From an uncultured Anaerolineales bacterium (lineage in GTDB: Bacteria; Chloroflexota; Anaerolineae; Anaerolineales; UBA4823), in assembly GCA_937928795.1 (NCBI GenBank), contig CALFWB010000056.1:1364-65363 (forward strand): a stretch of DNA of 64,000 nucleotides. The letters run 5' to 3'. A program made the translations under genes and the position numbers. The notes beneath the pieces were generated by a model. The model saw only the letters and a list, made by a program, of their open reading frames with translations, had not been told where the DNA came from and searched no databases. This document shows positions 9,067 through 17,378 of the stretch, piece by piece; the stretch's first letter is position 1, and the number at the start of each line of letters is the position of its first letter.

Positions 9067-10494
9067 CTACGGAGAGAGATTGGGAGAAGATGTGACTGTT
9101 GGCAGAGATGTGCGGGTGGGACGGGGCGTCTGAGTCGGTCGCGGGGTCGGGCTGGGGCGCAGGGTGCGCGTTGCCGTGGGAGTCACCGTGGCGGTTGGTT
9201 CCAGAATCCCTTGCGGCGTGAAGACCCGCGTAATCACCTCCCCCACATCGCCCAAGATGCCCAAATCCTGTTGATTATAAATGACCTTTAGCGCAGCGGC
9301 ATTGCCGGTTTGAATCTCGACTTTCTCCTCGCCATTGTATTCAAAGATGCCGCCTGGCGTGATGCGCCCGTTATACAACTCCTTACCATCCACCAGCACC
9401 CGCAACCAGGCGCGCTGCTGGGCAGCAACGATCACCTGCACCTTCCCAGAGGGCGTTGGGCTGAGCGCTTCGGTCAGCCTGACTTGATCTGGCGCAATCG
9501 GGGTGGGATTGAGAGCTTCAACGGGGAGGGTTGCCGTAGGAGTGGGTGGGGATTGCGTCGCGGTTGCCAGTGACTGCTCCTCAATTGCCAGCAAGGCTTC
9601 GGCCACAGAAAATGGCGTAGGAGTAAATGGCAAGCTTGCCCGCGTGCGCATGACACCCGAAAACCCCCACACGACAAACGCCAAAACCCCAATGGAAAGC
9701 AAGACCATCGTCAAAAATTCGGCTGACCACAACCAACTGTAAGATTTTCCAGAGGCAGGTTTTGCTGTTCCAACCCGCTTACGTGGACGGTCTCCCTGCC
9801 GAGCGATGAGCTGCGCTTGCAAGGCATCAGCATAACGCAGGAGGATCGCATCGGTGTTCAGCCCCAAAAAAGAGGCATAAATTTTCAATAGCCCTCGCCC
9901 CTGCACGGGAGAAGCCAAGCGGTCAAAACGTCCTTCTTCCATGATCTGGATATGATGGGGACGCAAGTGGGTTTGACGCTCAATCTCTTCAATGCTCAAA
10001 TCGAGCAACATGCGGATGCGGCGTAATTCTGCCCCAATCTCACGATAGATGGTTTGCGCATCCTTGCCTTTTGAGGGTGCATGAGAAAAGTCCTGAAGTA
10101 AAGCCGCACTTTGAGGTTGGTTCTCCGCCTGATGGTCGTTATTTCCATCGCCTTCGGAAGGACGGGGTAAGCCCTCCTCCTTTGGCAGTGCGGGAGGCGG
10201 GGCAATGCGGCGCTCCGCAGAGGACGACGCAGCTCCCTCAACCGCCGCTGTTCCCGTTTGACGGTCTAATTGACGCAGTAAAGCTTCACTGTCAAGGCCT
10301 AGAAAGCCGCCAACCACGCGCAGAAAACCCCGTGCCTGGAAGAGAGAAGGCAAGCGATCAAAAGCGTCAGCTTCCAGAGCTTCCAGGTAATGGGGTTTGA
10401 TATGCGTCTCATCTGAGACTTGTTCAAGACTCAAGCCGCGGGCTTGACGCGCGGCGCGCAGTTGACTGCCAATACTTTCCTTCATGCGTGGCAA
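9067..10494 (-). CDS. RodZ-like cytoskeleton protein with duplicated N-terminal HTH, one TM helix and a DUF4115-like C-terminal domain
   Basis: Two HTH_25-type segments (GSQLRAARQARGLSLEQVSDETHIKPHYLEALE and GAELRRIRMLLDLSIEEIERQTHLRPHHIQIME). TM helix LTMVLLSIGVLAFVVWGF. C-terminal domain includes WLRVLVDGKELYNG, followed by a Pro/Thr-rich tail. Confidence 0.65.
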   Translation of the reverse strand: MPRMKESIGSQLRAARQARGLSLEQVSDETHIKPHYLEALEADAFDRLPSLFQARGFLRVVGGFLGLDSEALLRQLDRQTGTAAVEGAASSSAERRIAPPPALPKEEGLPRPSEGDGNNDHQAENQPQSAALLQDFSHAPSKGKDAQTIYREIGAELRRIRMLLDLSIEEIERQTHLRPHHIQIMEEGRFDRLASPVQGRGLLKIYASFLGLNTDAILLRYADALQAQLIARQGDRPRKRVGTAKPASGKSYSWLWSAEFLTMVLLSIGVLAFVVWGFSGVMRTRASLPFTPTPFSVAEALLAIEEQSLATATQSPPTPTATLPVEALNPTPIAPDQVRLTEALSPTPSGKVQVIVAAQQRAWLRVLVDGKELYNGRITPGGIFEYNGEEKVEIQTGNAAALKVIYNQQDLGILGDVGEVITRVFTPQGILEPTATVTPTATRTLRPSPTPRPTQTPRPTRTSLPTVTSSPNLSP

Positions 10495-10602
10495 TTATGA
10501 TAACAGAAAAACCGTGCCTTAGGCAAGTTTGTTTCTCTTGTGCGCTGAGGTATTGGCGAGGTTGGCGGGAATAGGAGCTATCTGGCGAGAAAGATCATTC
10601 TT

Positions 10603-10719
10603 AGTTCGGGTTAGGAAGTCGGATTGCTCATTTCGACCAGCGCAGCGAGGAGAAATCTAAAAGACTTCTTCTCGCTGCGCTCGAAGTGATATGTCAAGAT
10701 GGTCAGCTTATCCCGAACT
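10603..10719. repeat. nested (compound) palindromic element in the rodZ-like/def divergent intergenic region
   Basis: Outer arms are AGTTCGGGTTAGG and CTTATCCCGAACT. Inner arms are TCGACCAGCGCAGCGAGGAGAA and TTCTTCTCGCTGCGCTCGA, around an 11-nt loop. Confidence 0.6.
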
Positions 10720-10761
10720 CAGGCTAACCCTAAACCTTTGAAAAGCCCTAAAGGCAATGTG

Positions 10762-10839
10762 GTGTCCACGCAAAAGTTGTAGGGCAACTCATTGAGTTGT
10801 CCTACAAAGCAATGTTGCCAACAACTTTTTCGTGCACAC
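10762..10839. mobile_element. 78-bp MITE-like element, copy 1 (TIRs, central hairpin, flanking 8-bp duplication)
   Basis: Differs from 30640-30717 at 4 of 78 positions. Ends GTGTCCAC...GTGCACAC are inverted. Flanks are GCAATGTG and GCCATGTG. Confidence 0.7.
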
Positions 10840-10970
10840 GCCATGTGGATGAACTATGTAAAGGGTAAGCTTTGTGCTAAAATAGCTCATATCAAGAGAT
10901 TGGTTTTGGGGTTCAAAAAAACCTCACCACATCTCTCACGGCTTACCTTTGAACTTTTATAGGTGAATGT

Positions 10971-11489
10971 ATGGCAATTCGAGAAATTGTGACCCATCCG
11001 AATAGCATCCTAAGGCGTAAAGCTCGCAAAGTTGAAAAGTTTGATCAAGAAATCCAAAACCTGATTGAGGATATGATCGAAACCATGCGAGCCGAACCGG
11101 GGGTCGGTTTAGCCGCGCCTCAGGTGGCTGTGCCGCTGCGCTTGATCGTTGTGGAATACGGAGAGGAGGAAAACGCCGATATTCCACCCAAACTTTATGT
11201 GATGGCGAATCCGGAGATTATTCGCTCTTCTCAAGAAACCGAACTCGGTGTTGAAGGGTGTTTATCCATCCCTGGTTTCGTTGGTGAAGTGGAGCGTTCA
11301 GCGGAGATTGTCGTGCGGGGACAGAACCGCTACGGAAAACCGATGAAGGTGAAAGCCAAAGGATGGCTGGCGAGAATTTTTCAACATGAAATTGATCATC
11401 TCAACGGCGTTCTCTTCATCGATCGAACCGATAAGGTCTGGAAATTGGAGGAAGAGAAAGACACGGCCCAAGTGACTGTTGTCGATTGA
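10971..11489 (+). CDS. def: peptide deformylase
   Basis: All three conserved motifs are present: GVGLAAPQ, EGCLSIPG and HEIDHLNG. Confidence 0.95.
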   Translation: MAIREIVTHPNSILRRKARKVEKFDQEIQNLIEDMIETMRAEPGVGLAAPQVAVPLRLIVVEYGEEENADIPPKLYVMANPEIIRSSQETELGVEGCLSIPGFVGEVERSAEIVVRGQNRYGKPMKVKAKGWLARIFQHEIDHLNGVLFIDRTDKVWKLEEEKDTAQVTVVD

Positions 11490-11545
11490 CACTCGGCGCT
11501 GGGTAACCTTTTGTCGCAACCATTGTCTCTAAGCTCGCTGACAAA

Positions 11546-11572
11546 CTCTTCGCTGCAGCGAGGAGATTTTCT
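11546..11572 (+). terminator. candidate intrinsic terminator after def
   Basis: CTCTTCGC-tgca-GCGAGGAG followed by ATTTTCT. Confidence 0.4.
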
Positions 11573-11580
11573 CACGTTCA

Positions 11581-12810
11581 ATGGGTTCGATGCTAAAACA
11601 TCTTTCCTTGACCAACTTTCGCAATTACGCACGTTTAGAAGTGGAATTTCCCCCTGGGCTGATCCTACTGGTTGGAGAAAATGCCCAGGGAAAGACCAAT
11701 CTCATCGAAGCGATTTATTACCTTTCAACCTTTTTATCTTTTCAAGCTGAGAGCGACCGCCAGTTGATCAACTTCTCTGCTGCCCATGATCCGCTTGCGG
11801 TGGGTAGAATTGTGGCAGATTATCAACAGGGGCAGTTCAGCCATCGCCTCGAGGTGCGCTTGATCCTTGAAAGTGAGAATCGCAACGGCGCATCTCGAAT
11901 GCGCAAGGAAATATTGCTGGATGGCGTCAAACAGAAAGCTGCAGCCGCCATCGGACATTTCAGCTCAGTGGTCTTTTTGCCCCAATCGATCCAAATCGTC
12001 GAAGGCTCACCTGAGGAAAGGCGACGTTTTTTGAACTTGGCTATCGGGCAAGTCAACCCGGCTTACACGGAAGCGCTGACGGATTTTTCGCGGGCAATCC
12101 AGCAGCGCAATGCCCTCCTTAAGCTTCTGTCCGAGCGGGGAGGCGATGAAACCCAGTTGGATTTCTGGGATGAGGAGATCGCTCGTTGGGGCGGGTTTTT
12201 GATCCACGAGCGGATTCAGGCGCTGCATGAACTCGAGCAGATTGCTGCGCCCATCCATCGGGAATTGACCCGCGGAAAAGAAGGTTTGGCTTTCTTGTAT
12301 CAACCCTCTTATGATCCTGATTCGTTGCCAAGCGCGCAGTACCGCTTAGCTGTCAACGTAGCCATTGATCGACAACGGCTGCCGTTGCAGCAAATTCAGC
12401 AAGGGTATTTAGAAACTTTACGCAAAAAGCGGCGCGAGGATATTCAGAGGGGGGTGACAACGGTCGGTCCTCATCGCGACGAAATTCGTTTTCTATCCAA
12501 CGGCTTGGACTTGAATCTTTATGGTTCCCGCGGACAGGGACGCACGGCTGTGGTCGCCCTCAAGTTAGCCGAACTCGAATGGATCTTTCGGAAGAGGTAT
12601 CAGCCGCCGCTTTTCCTCTTGGATGAAGTGCTGGCTGAGCTGGATCCGTTGCGCCGTCAGGACTTGTTGCAGCGCCTGCTGAAGTGTGAACAGGCAATCT
12701 TGACCACTACCGAACTCGGACTGTTTGAGCGAAGTTTTGTCGAGCGAGCCTCGGTGTGGCGAATTCATGAGGGCAAAGTTTGTGTAGCAGATTTGGCTGG
12801 AGAGAAATAA
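11581..12810 (+). CDS. recF: DNA replication and repair protein RecF
   Basis: N-terminus LSLTNFRNY plus Walker A GENAQGKTN. C-terminal SMC-like signature and Walker B (LFLLDEVLAELD). The start could instead be the Met at 11590. Confidence 0.9.
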   Translation: MGSMLKHLSLTNFRNYARLEVEFPPGLILLVGENAQGKTNLIEAIYYLSTFLSFQAESDRQLINFSAAHDPLAVGRIVADYQQGQFSHRLEVRLILESENRNGASRMRKEILLDGVKQKAAAAIGHFSSVVFLPQSIQIVEGSPEERRRFLNLAIGQVNPAYTEALTDFSRAIQQRNALLKLLSERGGDETQLDFWDEEIARWGGFLIHERIQALHELEQIAAPIHRELTRGKEGLAFLYQPSYDPDSLPSAQYRLAVNVAIDRQRLPLQQIQQGYLETLRKKRREDIQRGVTTVGPHRDEIRFLSNGLDLNLYGSRGQGRTAVVALKLAELEWIFRKRYQPPLFLLDEVLAELDPLRRQDLLQRLLKCEQAILTTTELGLFERSFVERASVWRIHEGKVCVADLAGEK

Positions 12811-13271
12811 TGGCGAGAGTTTTTCAGATCAATGTCTCAAAGGGAGGCGTGCCCAAACAAGCCGTCCCAAAGGTTTGGGTCGGGAGCTTTGGCTTGGAAG
12901 GAGATGGTCATCATGATCTCCAGCACCATGGCGGCGAGGAGCGCGCCGTTTGTCTTTATTCTTTGGAGCGTATCCTCGCTCTCCAAGCGGAGGGTCATCC
13001 CATCTACCCCGGCTCTGTCGGAGAAAATCTAACCCTGTGGGACATGGCCTGGGATCAATTGAAAGAAGGAACGGTTTTCCGGTTCGAAGGTGGTGTAGAG
13101 ATCGCCTTGACTCGGCCAACCACTCCTTGTCAAACGATTGCGGCTTCGTTCAAGGATGGGGAAATCACGCGCATTCTTCATAGGGTAAATCCGGGTTGGT
13201 CGCGCTGGTATGGGCGTGTCCTGCGGGAGGGTGAGCTACGCATTGGAGAGTTGTTTGAAGTGCTGTGTTGA
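12810..13271 (+). CDS. MOSC domain-containing protein
   Basis: About 153 aa beginning MARVFQINVSKGGVPK, with a conserved Cys near the C-terminus (TPCQTI). The ATG overlaps the recF TAA (TAATG). Confidence 0.65.
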   Translation: MARVFQINVSKGGVPKQAVPKVWVGSFGLEGDGHHDLQHHGGEERAVCLYSLERILALQAEGHPIYPGSVGENLTLWDMAWDQLKEGTVFRFEGGVEIALTRPTTPCQTIAASFKDGEITRILHRVNPGWSRWYGRVLREGELRIGELFEVLC

Positions 13272-13316
13272 GGGAACTTGAGGCTGGCTTTGGGGATACT
13301 TTCCTGCTTGCTCGGG

Positions 13317-14030
13317 TTATTTTAGGGGGCGTTTTTCCGGTATGCCAACCTTGCGAGGGTATTGGGGAGGGGTGGCAGCGATCTTATCAACGATAACCAG
13401 ATAGCGATCTTCCGCAACCTGCGGTAGGTGCACCGGGATTAATCGGCGCACTTTTCCACCGAGAATTTCAATAGCGCGCTCGGCTTGATGGACTTCAACC
13501 GGCGCGGTTTCTCCCTTCATCGCCAAGACTGTGCCTCCCACGCGAACAAAGGGCAAAAGATACTCTACCAAGGTGGAAAGATTGGCAACCGCTCTGGCAA
13601 TTGCCCAATCGTAACGCTCGCGATGGTCGGGGAGATGGGCAACGTCTTCAGCTCGTGCGTTGACAACCGTTACAGCGCTTAACCCCAGTTCTTCCACAAC
13701 AACCCGACAAAAATCAGCTTTCTTGCCAACCGATTCCACCAAAGTTAGGGTCAGCGACGGATAGGCGATTTTTAACGCTAAACCCGGAAACCCGGCGCCT
13801 GTGCCAACATCGATCGCTCGTTGCGGGGGGCTCTCTGGGATAACCAATAGACAGGTCAGCGAATCTAAGAAGTGTTTGATGCGAATCATCTCTGGGTTAC
13901 AGATGGCGGTCAGGTTGATGCGTTGGTTCCATTCCAGCAGAAGGCGCTCGTAACGGAGGAAAGCTTCTATTTGCCGTCGCGAGAGCCGCAAACCGAGCAT
14001 TTGATATGCCCACTGAGCCAGTGCTTGCAT
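13317..14030 (-). CDS. rsmG: 16S rRNA (guanine527-N7)-methyltransferase RsmG
   Basis: GidB-family layout with SAM motif DVGTGAGFPGLALK. 237 aa. Confidence 0.85.
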   Translation of the reverse strand: MQALAQWAYQMLGLRLSRRQIEAFLRYERLLLEWNQRINLTAICNPEMIRIKHFLDSLTCLLVIPESPPQRAIDVGTGAGFPGLALKIAYPSLTLTLVESVGKKADFCRVVVEELGLSAVTVVNARAEDVAHLPDHRERYDWAIARAVANLSTLVEYLLPFVRVGGTVLAMKGETAPVEVHQAERAIEILGGKVRRLIPVHLPQVAEDRYLVIVDKIAATPPQYPRKVGIPEKRPLK

Positions 14031-14308
14031 GGTTTGATTATACCTGAGGCAGGTTTGGAGGAGGAAAGCCAGGCTTGCCTTTTGAGAATGGATGAAGGCT
14101 GCAAAAATTCATCTAGAGAACACGGAGCGCACGGAATTCCTCAAGGCCATTGCTGTGTAGTCAACAGGCTTTTTTGTGGTGTAGCCCCATGTTTTATACT
14201 CCAAATTTCTTTTGAGAGCCTTTGGTCCTTTGTGCAATTTGGTTTGCAGTTTTAGCCGATTGAACACAAAATTCGGATATTTTTACGCGATTTTTACGCC
14301 CTTAGGTC

Positions 14309-14334
14309 TCAAGAATAAGGGATGTTGACGATAA
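14309..14334 (+). promoter_or_regulatory. candidate sigma-28 (FliA) promoter for fliC
   Basis: TCAAG-N13-GACGATAA. Compare the much better TTAAG-N14-GCCGATAA upstream of flgM in this window. It would give a leader of about 210 nt. Confidence 0.35.
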
Positions 14335-14505
14335 CGGAGATAGAACGAAATCTTCACCGAGACTAAGCCAAACTAGAGGTGTACGCAAAGGAGGCGCATA
14401 TAAGGTCAGGATTAAAAACAAAACCTTTCTACCCCTGAAAACGGGCGGAGAGCGTGGGCAACTTTCCGCTGCGACAAACGAAAAGCCCAAATCCCAATCC
14501 ATTCA

Positions 14506-14545
14506 TTGGGGGACGGAACCCCCAACCAAATTCTAAACAAGGAGG
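14506..14545 (+). promoter_or_regulatory. bipartite CsrA-type binding site in the fliC leader (GGA in a hairpin loop plus GGA in the SD)
   Basis: Hairpin TTGGGGG-ACGGAA-CCCCCAA (14506-14525). SD CAAGGAGG at 14538-14545. fliC ATG at 14552. Confidence 0.5.
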
Positions 14546-14551
14546 TTTAAA

Positions 14552-15460
14552 ATGGCTACGGTTGACGTAACCCGTGTAGCGGGTAACATTGGGGCACTAA
14601 ATGCCCTCTATTCTCTGCAAAACATTAACGCTCAATTGGCAATCCACCAGACCCGTCTGGCAACCGGAAAGCGCCTCAACGAGGCTGCCGATGACCCGGC
14701 TGGCATGTCAATTGCCACCAGCTTCGATGTGCGCCGCCAAGGCTTGAAGACCGCCCTCAGCGCTATTGGCGATTCAAAGAACTTGATGTCCACCATGGAA
14801 GGCGGTTTGCGCAAGATTCAAGATATCCTCGTCAAAATGCGCAACAAAGCCATGGAAGCTCAAGGCGATACGATTGGTGCTAACGAGCGAGCTGCGATCC
14901 GCTCCCAACTGCTCGCCTTCCGCAACGAGATTAATGACATTGCTCGCCAAACTCAGTGGAACAACAACTATCTGTTGGTTGGCGCGGGCGGCTCAGGAAG
15001 CACAACTGCGCTCAATTTCTTGACTGGCCCCGAGTCGACGGGAGGCACCAGCCAATTCTCGTTTGTAGCGGATGCTACTTCCGGGATCGCCGATAACCAA
15101 GGCTTTCGGGCAGATACAGCATCATTGGGCGCAACGGGGCTTGGATTGGCGGATGCTAATTTGCTGGTCGATACGACAACCAATGCCCAAACGGCAATGC
15201 AGAACATCGAAGCTGCCCTCAATGTGGTCAAGGCTGGTGTCAGCCAAGTGGGTAGCTTCACCGCCCGCTTGACGTTCAAGGAAGAAGCCCTTGCCGTCCA
15301 ATATACCAACACCGAATCGGCATATAACCGTATCATGAACGCCAACATGGCTGAGGAGCAAGTCGAAGCGAGCAAGTTCCTGATCCTGCAGCAAACGGCT
15401 ACCGCCATGCTCGCTCAGGCGAATGTCGCCCCCCAATTCTTGCTCTCCCTGTTTCGATAA
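14552..15460 (+). CDS. fliC: flagellin
   Basis: Conserved N-terminal (LQNINAQLAIHQTRLATGKRLNEAADDPAGMSIA) and C-terminal (ILQQTATAMLAQANVAPQFLLSLFR) flagellin domains. A short 302-aa form. Confidence 0.95.
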   Translation: MATVDVTRVAGNIGALNALYSLQNINAQLAIHQTRLATGKRLNEAADDPAGMSIATSFDVRRQGLKTALSAIGDSKNLMSTMEGGLRKIQDILVKMRNKAMEAQGDTIGANERAAIRSQLLAFRNEINDIARQTQWNNNYLLVGAGGSGSTTALNFLTGPESTGGTSQFSFVADATSGIADNQGFRADTASLGATGLGLADANLLVDTTTNAQTAMQNIEAALNVVKAGVSQVGSFTARLTFKEEALAVQYTNTESAYNRIMNANMAEEQVEASKFLILQQTATAMLAQANVAPQFLLSLFR

Positions 15461-15500
15461 CATGGGGCTGATCCTCTAGGCTTGTCATGTGCTACGGAAA

Positions 15501-15525
15501 CGGGGACTGCTTCAGACAGTCCCCG
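15501..15525 (+). terminator. hairpin after fliC (partial terminator or mRNA-stabilising 3' structure)
   Basis: CGGGGACTG-cttcaga-CAGTCCCCG, a 9-bp stem with no U tract. Confidence 0.4.
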
Positions 15526-15557
15526 CTGACCCGTAGAAAGAGGCGAGAAGAGAAACC

Positions 15558-17309
15558 ATGACTAGCGTAAACCAGCTCGACAGCTACTTCGTCAACTTGA
15601 TCAATAGCTTGATGACCATCGAGCGTCAGCCCCTGACGCGCCTCGAAGAGCAACGCAACAAGCTCAACGTCACGGTTGGTGTGTATCAAGATGCCCGCAG
15701 TAAGCTGCTTGAGTTGCAGAACACTGTTTACGCATTACAAAGCAATAACTACACTTCGGCGTTGAAGGAAAGCCGTAGCGTGTCGATCGTCAATCGCCCT
15801 AGCGGTAGCACCGTATTAACAGCTTCTGCTAGCAGCAGCGCTGTGGTTGGAACCTATCAAATCACCGACATCGTCTTAGCAAAAGCCCATCGGGTGCGCT
15901 CGGATGCAGTGACCTATATTGACCAAGCGCTGGGCTATAGCACGGGAGAGGGGCATATCGTCCTCGGTGGTGCAAATAACCGCTCGGCTGTCCTTGAGGA
16001 GGGACTTGCCAACACGGTCACTGCAATCAGCACCGCTGAAATTGATAGCGCCAAAAAAGAGCTTGGTAGAGGTGAGTACACTGTTGAAGTGCGCAATGAC
16101 GCCACGGCTGGTTGGCAGTTCCGTCTGGTTGACTCCAACGGGAAAGCGGTCAGCATTCGCAACGGCACGAGTCTAACCGAAACAACCAATGGCTGGCAAT
16201 CCATCCCCACGGGTGGCGGTGATTTTGACACCGGAAGGGGCTTGGTGATTCACTTTGGAGATGGCAGCGGCTATCAAGCAGGCAGCGCTAGGGTGAGCTA
16301 TACCAGCCAAGGGGCGCGGATCACGGTCACCGAGAGCGATAGCCTATTGGATATCGTTGACCGCATCAACTCGGCCACCTATGCAGAGAATGATGGCGTG
16401 GTTGCCAGCATCATTGATAAGCAACTTGTCTTATCGGCAGCCAGCAGTGGCACAACTTATGCGCTCAATGCCGGCAATGTGATCGACAATGGCTCAGGCG
16501 GCAGCAGTGGCGTTTTGCACCAACTAGGATTACTGGCTGAAGGCAGCACCGCTTTCAAGCATTCTGCCGTTCAAGAAGCCAGCAATGCTACCTTCAAGGT
16601 GAATGGCCTTACGGTTACGCGTAACAGCAACAGCGGTTTGAGCGATGTCATTGCCGGAGTTACCCTCAATCTGGCTGCTGATGCAGAAGGCAAGTATGCT
16701 ACCCTGAGTGTGTACAAAGACCTCAGTTCTGCAAAAGCGGCGCTCAATAGTTTCGTCGAGAAGTTCAACGCCGTGGTCTCTTATCTCGAACAGAAAACCA
16801 GCGTGACAAGCAGCGACGGCCGCACCTATACTCGCGGCGTACTAGCTGACGATATGGTGTTTTCCGAGATGCGCCTAAAGTTGTTTTCTCTGTTTATGAA
16901 CGCCTATTCGAACAGCAGTGCGTATTCTCGGTTGAGAGACATTGGTTTGGGCTTAGGTGACAACCTGCAAGCTTCCATAACCGATTCAACGAAACTGGAG
17001 CAGGCATTGACAAATGACCTAGAAGGTGTGCAAGCGTTATTGGATGAGGTGATGCAGGCTTTTGATGTTGAGTTGGGTCGCTTCACGGGCACACGCAGCT
17101 CAACCAGTTATGTGACGGAGGCTGTGTCTCTGTTGAACAGCCAGATGACCGATCTCAACGGAGAGATTACCAGGATGAATACCTACCTCACCGATCGCGA
17201 GCAATATCTCTATGACCAATACGCTCAAATTCAAGCTCAACTGGTAAGCCTGACCTATATGCGCCAGATGTGGGCGAGTATTTACGGTACGGTGAATCGA
17301 GTGATCTGA
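15558..17309 (+). CDS. fliD: flagellar filament capping protein FliD
   Basis: FliD N-terminal (LINSLMTIERQPLTRLEEQ) and C-terminal coiled-coil regions. Sits directly after fliC. Confidence 0.9.
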   Translation: MTSVNQLDSYFVNLINSLMTIERQPLTRLEEQRNKLNVTVGVYQDARSKLLELQNTVYALQSNNYTSALKESRSVSIVNRPSGSTVLTASASSSAVVGTYQITDIVLAKAHRVRSDAVTYIDQALGYSTGEGHIVLGGANNRSAVLEEGLANTVTAISTAEIDSAKKELGRGEYTVEVRNDATAGWQFRLVDSNGKAVSIRNGTSLTETTNGWQSIPTGGGDFDTGRGLVIHFGDGSGYQAGSARVSYTSQGARITVTESDSLLDIVDRINSATYAENDGVVASIIDKQLVLSAASSGTTYALNAGNVIDNGSGGSSGVLHQLGLLAEGSTAFKHSAVQEASNATFKVNGLTVTRNSNSGLSDVIAGVTLNLAADAEGKYATLSVYKDLSSAKAALNSFVEKFNAVVSYLEQKTSVTSSDGRTYTRGVLADDMVFSEMRLKLFSLFMNAYSNSSAYSRLRDIGLGLGDNLQASITDSTKLEQALTNDLEGVQALLDEVMQAFDVELGRFTGTRSSTSYVTEAVSLLNSQMTDLNGEITRMNTYLTDREQYLYDQYAQIQAQLVSLTYMRQMWASIYGTVNRVI

Positions 17310-17378
17310 GGATGGAGCAAAGAGTGGAGCAGGATGTCTCGAACACGGAGGTTCGAGAGGTGAGACTGGAGGGAACCT
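17310..17378 (+). promoter_or_regulatory. GGA-dense fliD-flaG spacer with an ACGGAG-loop hairpin (candidate CsrA site)
   Basis: Seven GGA triplets in about 65 nt. Hairpin TCTCGAAC-ACGGAG-GTTCGAGA (17337-17358). SD CTGGAGGGA precedes the ATG at 17379. Confidence 0.45.

Noticed and set aside
14236-14262. Alternative sigma-28-like -10 element GCCGATTG upstream of fliC
   Set aside because: The -10 half is good, but 15 nt upstream there is only CAAT/AATT instead of TAAA/TCAA. I kept the TCAAG-N13-GACGATAA site as the reported low-confidence candidate. Only 5'-end mapping can decide between them.
14280-14291. 12-mer TTTTTACGCGAT shared between the fliC upstream region and the REC-fliR gap (43903-43914)
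   Set aside because: It is an AT-rich 12-mer. Given a few kb of AT-richer intergenic DNA compared on both strands, a single shared 12-mer is within chance expectation. It has no palindromic structure or third copy.
13872-14502. ORFs 13872-14255 (+) and 14302-14502 (-) in the rsmG-fliC intergenic region
   Set aside because: The first starts inside rsmG on the opposite strand. The second lies antisense in the predicted fliC leader. Both have implausible Cys/Phe/Leu-rich composition. The region is better explained as promoter plus 5' UTR.
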